From contig JBNGIO010006298.1 of assembly GCA_049999805.1 (NCBI GenBank), positions 83,673 through 103,672 of the forward strand: DNA of 20,000 nucleotides. Direction: 5' to 3'. How positions within the stretch are numbered: position 1 is the first letter of the stretch; each line of letters begins with the position of its first letter. Shown piece after piece: positions 18,120 to 20,000 of the stretch. Both the position numbers and the translations under genes were made by a program. The DNA is from Folioceros fuciformis (Eukaryota). The notes below the pieces were generated by a model that ran no database searches, was not told the origin of the DNA, and saw only the letters and a list, made by a program, of their open reading frames with translations.

Positions 18120-19900
18120 CCATCTACTTCCACTTCCACCCTTCCATTTCCGCTCGCAACTGCAATAGATCCAGCGTTCCGAGGAACGCGGCGGGCCGGC
18201 CCTGGGCGACGTGGTGCTGCGTGGGCCGGCGGGCGAGGGAATAGAGCTGGCTCGGCTCCGCTGCCGGGCTGAGAAGAGCACGTCCCATGGAGTGAGCAAG
18301 CGGAAGCGGAAGCGTGAGCTCCCGGGAGCGCGAGCGCAAGCCCAAGCGCAAGGGAGAGGGAACACCTGTGCACGTGCAGGCGGTTTGGGTTGGGTATTCG
18401 GTGAGGAGCATCTATTCCAACCTTTTCACCGTGTTGTCAAAGGCAAAGTAAAGTAGGTCGTTGTTGGGCGTGGTGTGCGATGGCAATGAGAGGACGGTGG
18501 GCGGTGAAGGGTGGCGTCTCCTCTCGTCTCCTCTCGTCTCGTCTCGTCTCGTCTCGTAGTTGTTTCCCTCTGCACAAGACAAGACACGACACGACCCGTT
18601 CCGGGCCGTCAGGGAGTCGGGCGTCGTCCCTGTCCCGCCCGGGAAGCGAAAATATCAAGGGCCGCGCTCGACACGGCTACCATATCCTATCCGATCCCAT
18701 CCCTGGCTTGTGGGGGGGAACTGGGAGGGGCAAGCCGAATAATTGCAAAATTTTGGCACTCAGCCACCCAGGGTTGGCTTGGCTTTGTAGATGAAGGAGC
18801 AATCAGTGGCGGCCAGCTGGTGGTGACCGGGGAAGGGGTGGCCGGCTGGCCGAAAAGAGCAGGCCCTACCGGCTGTACCTGCCTACATCATTGCAACGCA
18901 ACGTGGAAGGCGATGCAGCCAGTCACCCGTTTACACGCTTGCCCTCCTTGTCTCTGTATGCAACCTTTTCACCTCCTTCCTTCGGTCCGGGGTTAAGCAT
19001 CCTGCGTTCATGGGACCCTAACGAGAAGGATGTTCCTACAGTACTGCTTGTTACATTCATCCTAATTATCTTAACCGGAATAAAATAACTATCCTCGCAT
19101 CAGCTATCCTACCCTAATGCCCCTACCCTACCCTAATGCCCCTACCCTACCCTAATGCCCCTACCCTACAAGGCCATCCATGGATGTAAGTACTGTACTG
19201 TAGAGTAGTACATACATAAGCTCTCACCTCCTTCTCGTCCTTCCCACGCTTATCAAACCCTTAAACAGGATAGAGTAAAGTAGCACGTGTCTCAACGGAT
19301 GCGAGGTTTAAAGAAGGCCGGACAAGTTCAGGGCAGCGGTTGGGTGCCCCACGCGAAAGGCATCGTAACGGCGGCTTAACTGACTTGGTGTGGTTGGTTG
19401 ATCAGATTGGGCAGTGCAGGCCGGAAGCCCGGAACGCTTTCTCATCACAAGCTTCTTCACCCAACGTTTCGAAAATCGAAGGGACTGGACGAGCGACGCG
19501 ACGCGACGCGGAATAAAATGAGTGGGAGGGATACAACAATAAAAAACGACCAGTGGGAGGGAGCGGGCACGCCAGATGGAGATGCAGATGCAGACGCAGA
19601 CGGAGTGTACCAGAGGCAGAGGCAGAGGCAGAGGCAGGGCCCCAGAGCCGGTGCCAGAACCAGAACCAGAACCAGAACCAGAAGAAGCAGAAACAGAAGC
19701 AGTGCCAGTGGGAGATCGTACTACAATTCATGTGTACTGGGCAGTGAATTGATGTGGCAGCCAGTTCCCGGCTCCCTTCCGACCGGGAATCCGGCATTCT
19801 CAGTTCGCTCGGCGCCACTGCAATCAGGCAAGGCAAGGCCAAGGCAAGGAGGGAGGGAACTTGGAAGGAAGGAGGAAGGGAAGGTGGGTGTGAGGGAGAA
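18120..19900. repeat. GC island 2 with many short tandem repeats
   Basis: (CTCGT)n 18522-18557, (GCGAC)n ~19492-19510, a run of (GCAGAT)/(GGCAGA)/(CCAGAA) at ~19580-19700, (GGCAA)n ~19826-19848. ORFs here translate to dipeptide repeats. Confidence 0.85.
19108..19169. repeat. Perfect 19-bp C-rich tandem repeat x3.3 (CCTACCCTAATGCCCCTAC)
   Basis: Units 19108-19126, 19127-19145, 19146-19164, plus CCTAC. Nine runs of at least three C. Confidence 0.95.
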
Positions 19901-20000
19901 AAGGAGGGGCGCGCACCAGCCACCGGCCCAGGCGCCCCGGGCCCGGCACTGAAGCTGGAACTGGTGGCCGCCTACCCTGCTCGTGCACAGACAAAACACC

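Noticed and set aside
19398..19999. 184-aa and 173-aa ORFs in GC island 2
   Set aside because: Dominated by translations of hexamer repeats (DADADA, QRQRQR, TRTRTR, FWFWFW) on both strands; most have non-ATG starts.

Overview
Eukaryotic nuclear DNA from a land plant. A non-seed plant is my inference, from the ~70-160 nt introns, the plant-type tRNA-Asp and the CRE-clade LINE remnants. Left part: a complete 12-exon mRNA cap guanine-N7 methyltransferase gene (RNMT, minus strand, 2065-4400, 355 aa) sits head-to-head with a mitochondrial complex I B14.5a/NDUFA7 gene whose CDS is a single exon (4940-5326). Two GC-rich, microsatellite-dense islands (~6990-9700 and ~18100-20000) contain no protein I recognise; the first carries a cluster of ABRE/DRE motifs and a possible cryptic spliced (pseudo)gene. 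An intact tRNA-Asp(GUC) lies at 10381-10452. It is followed by an AT-rich region of decayed transposons: two CRE-clade (RLE-type) non-LTR retrotransposon copies, weaker L1-, MULE- and hAT-like fragments, and many local tandem duplications. I see no unambiguous new biological system. The best leads are a candidate NMD-triggering 3'-UTR intron in RNMT, a 3' stem-loop shared by both CRE copies, a 46-bp array with a variable 6-nt window, and the orphan regulatory/cryptic-exon island. All protein identifications come from manual translation and motif recall, not database searches.
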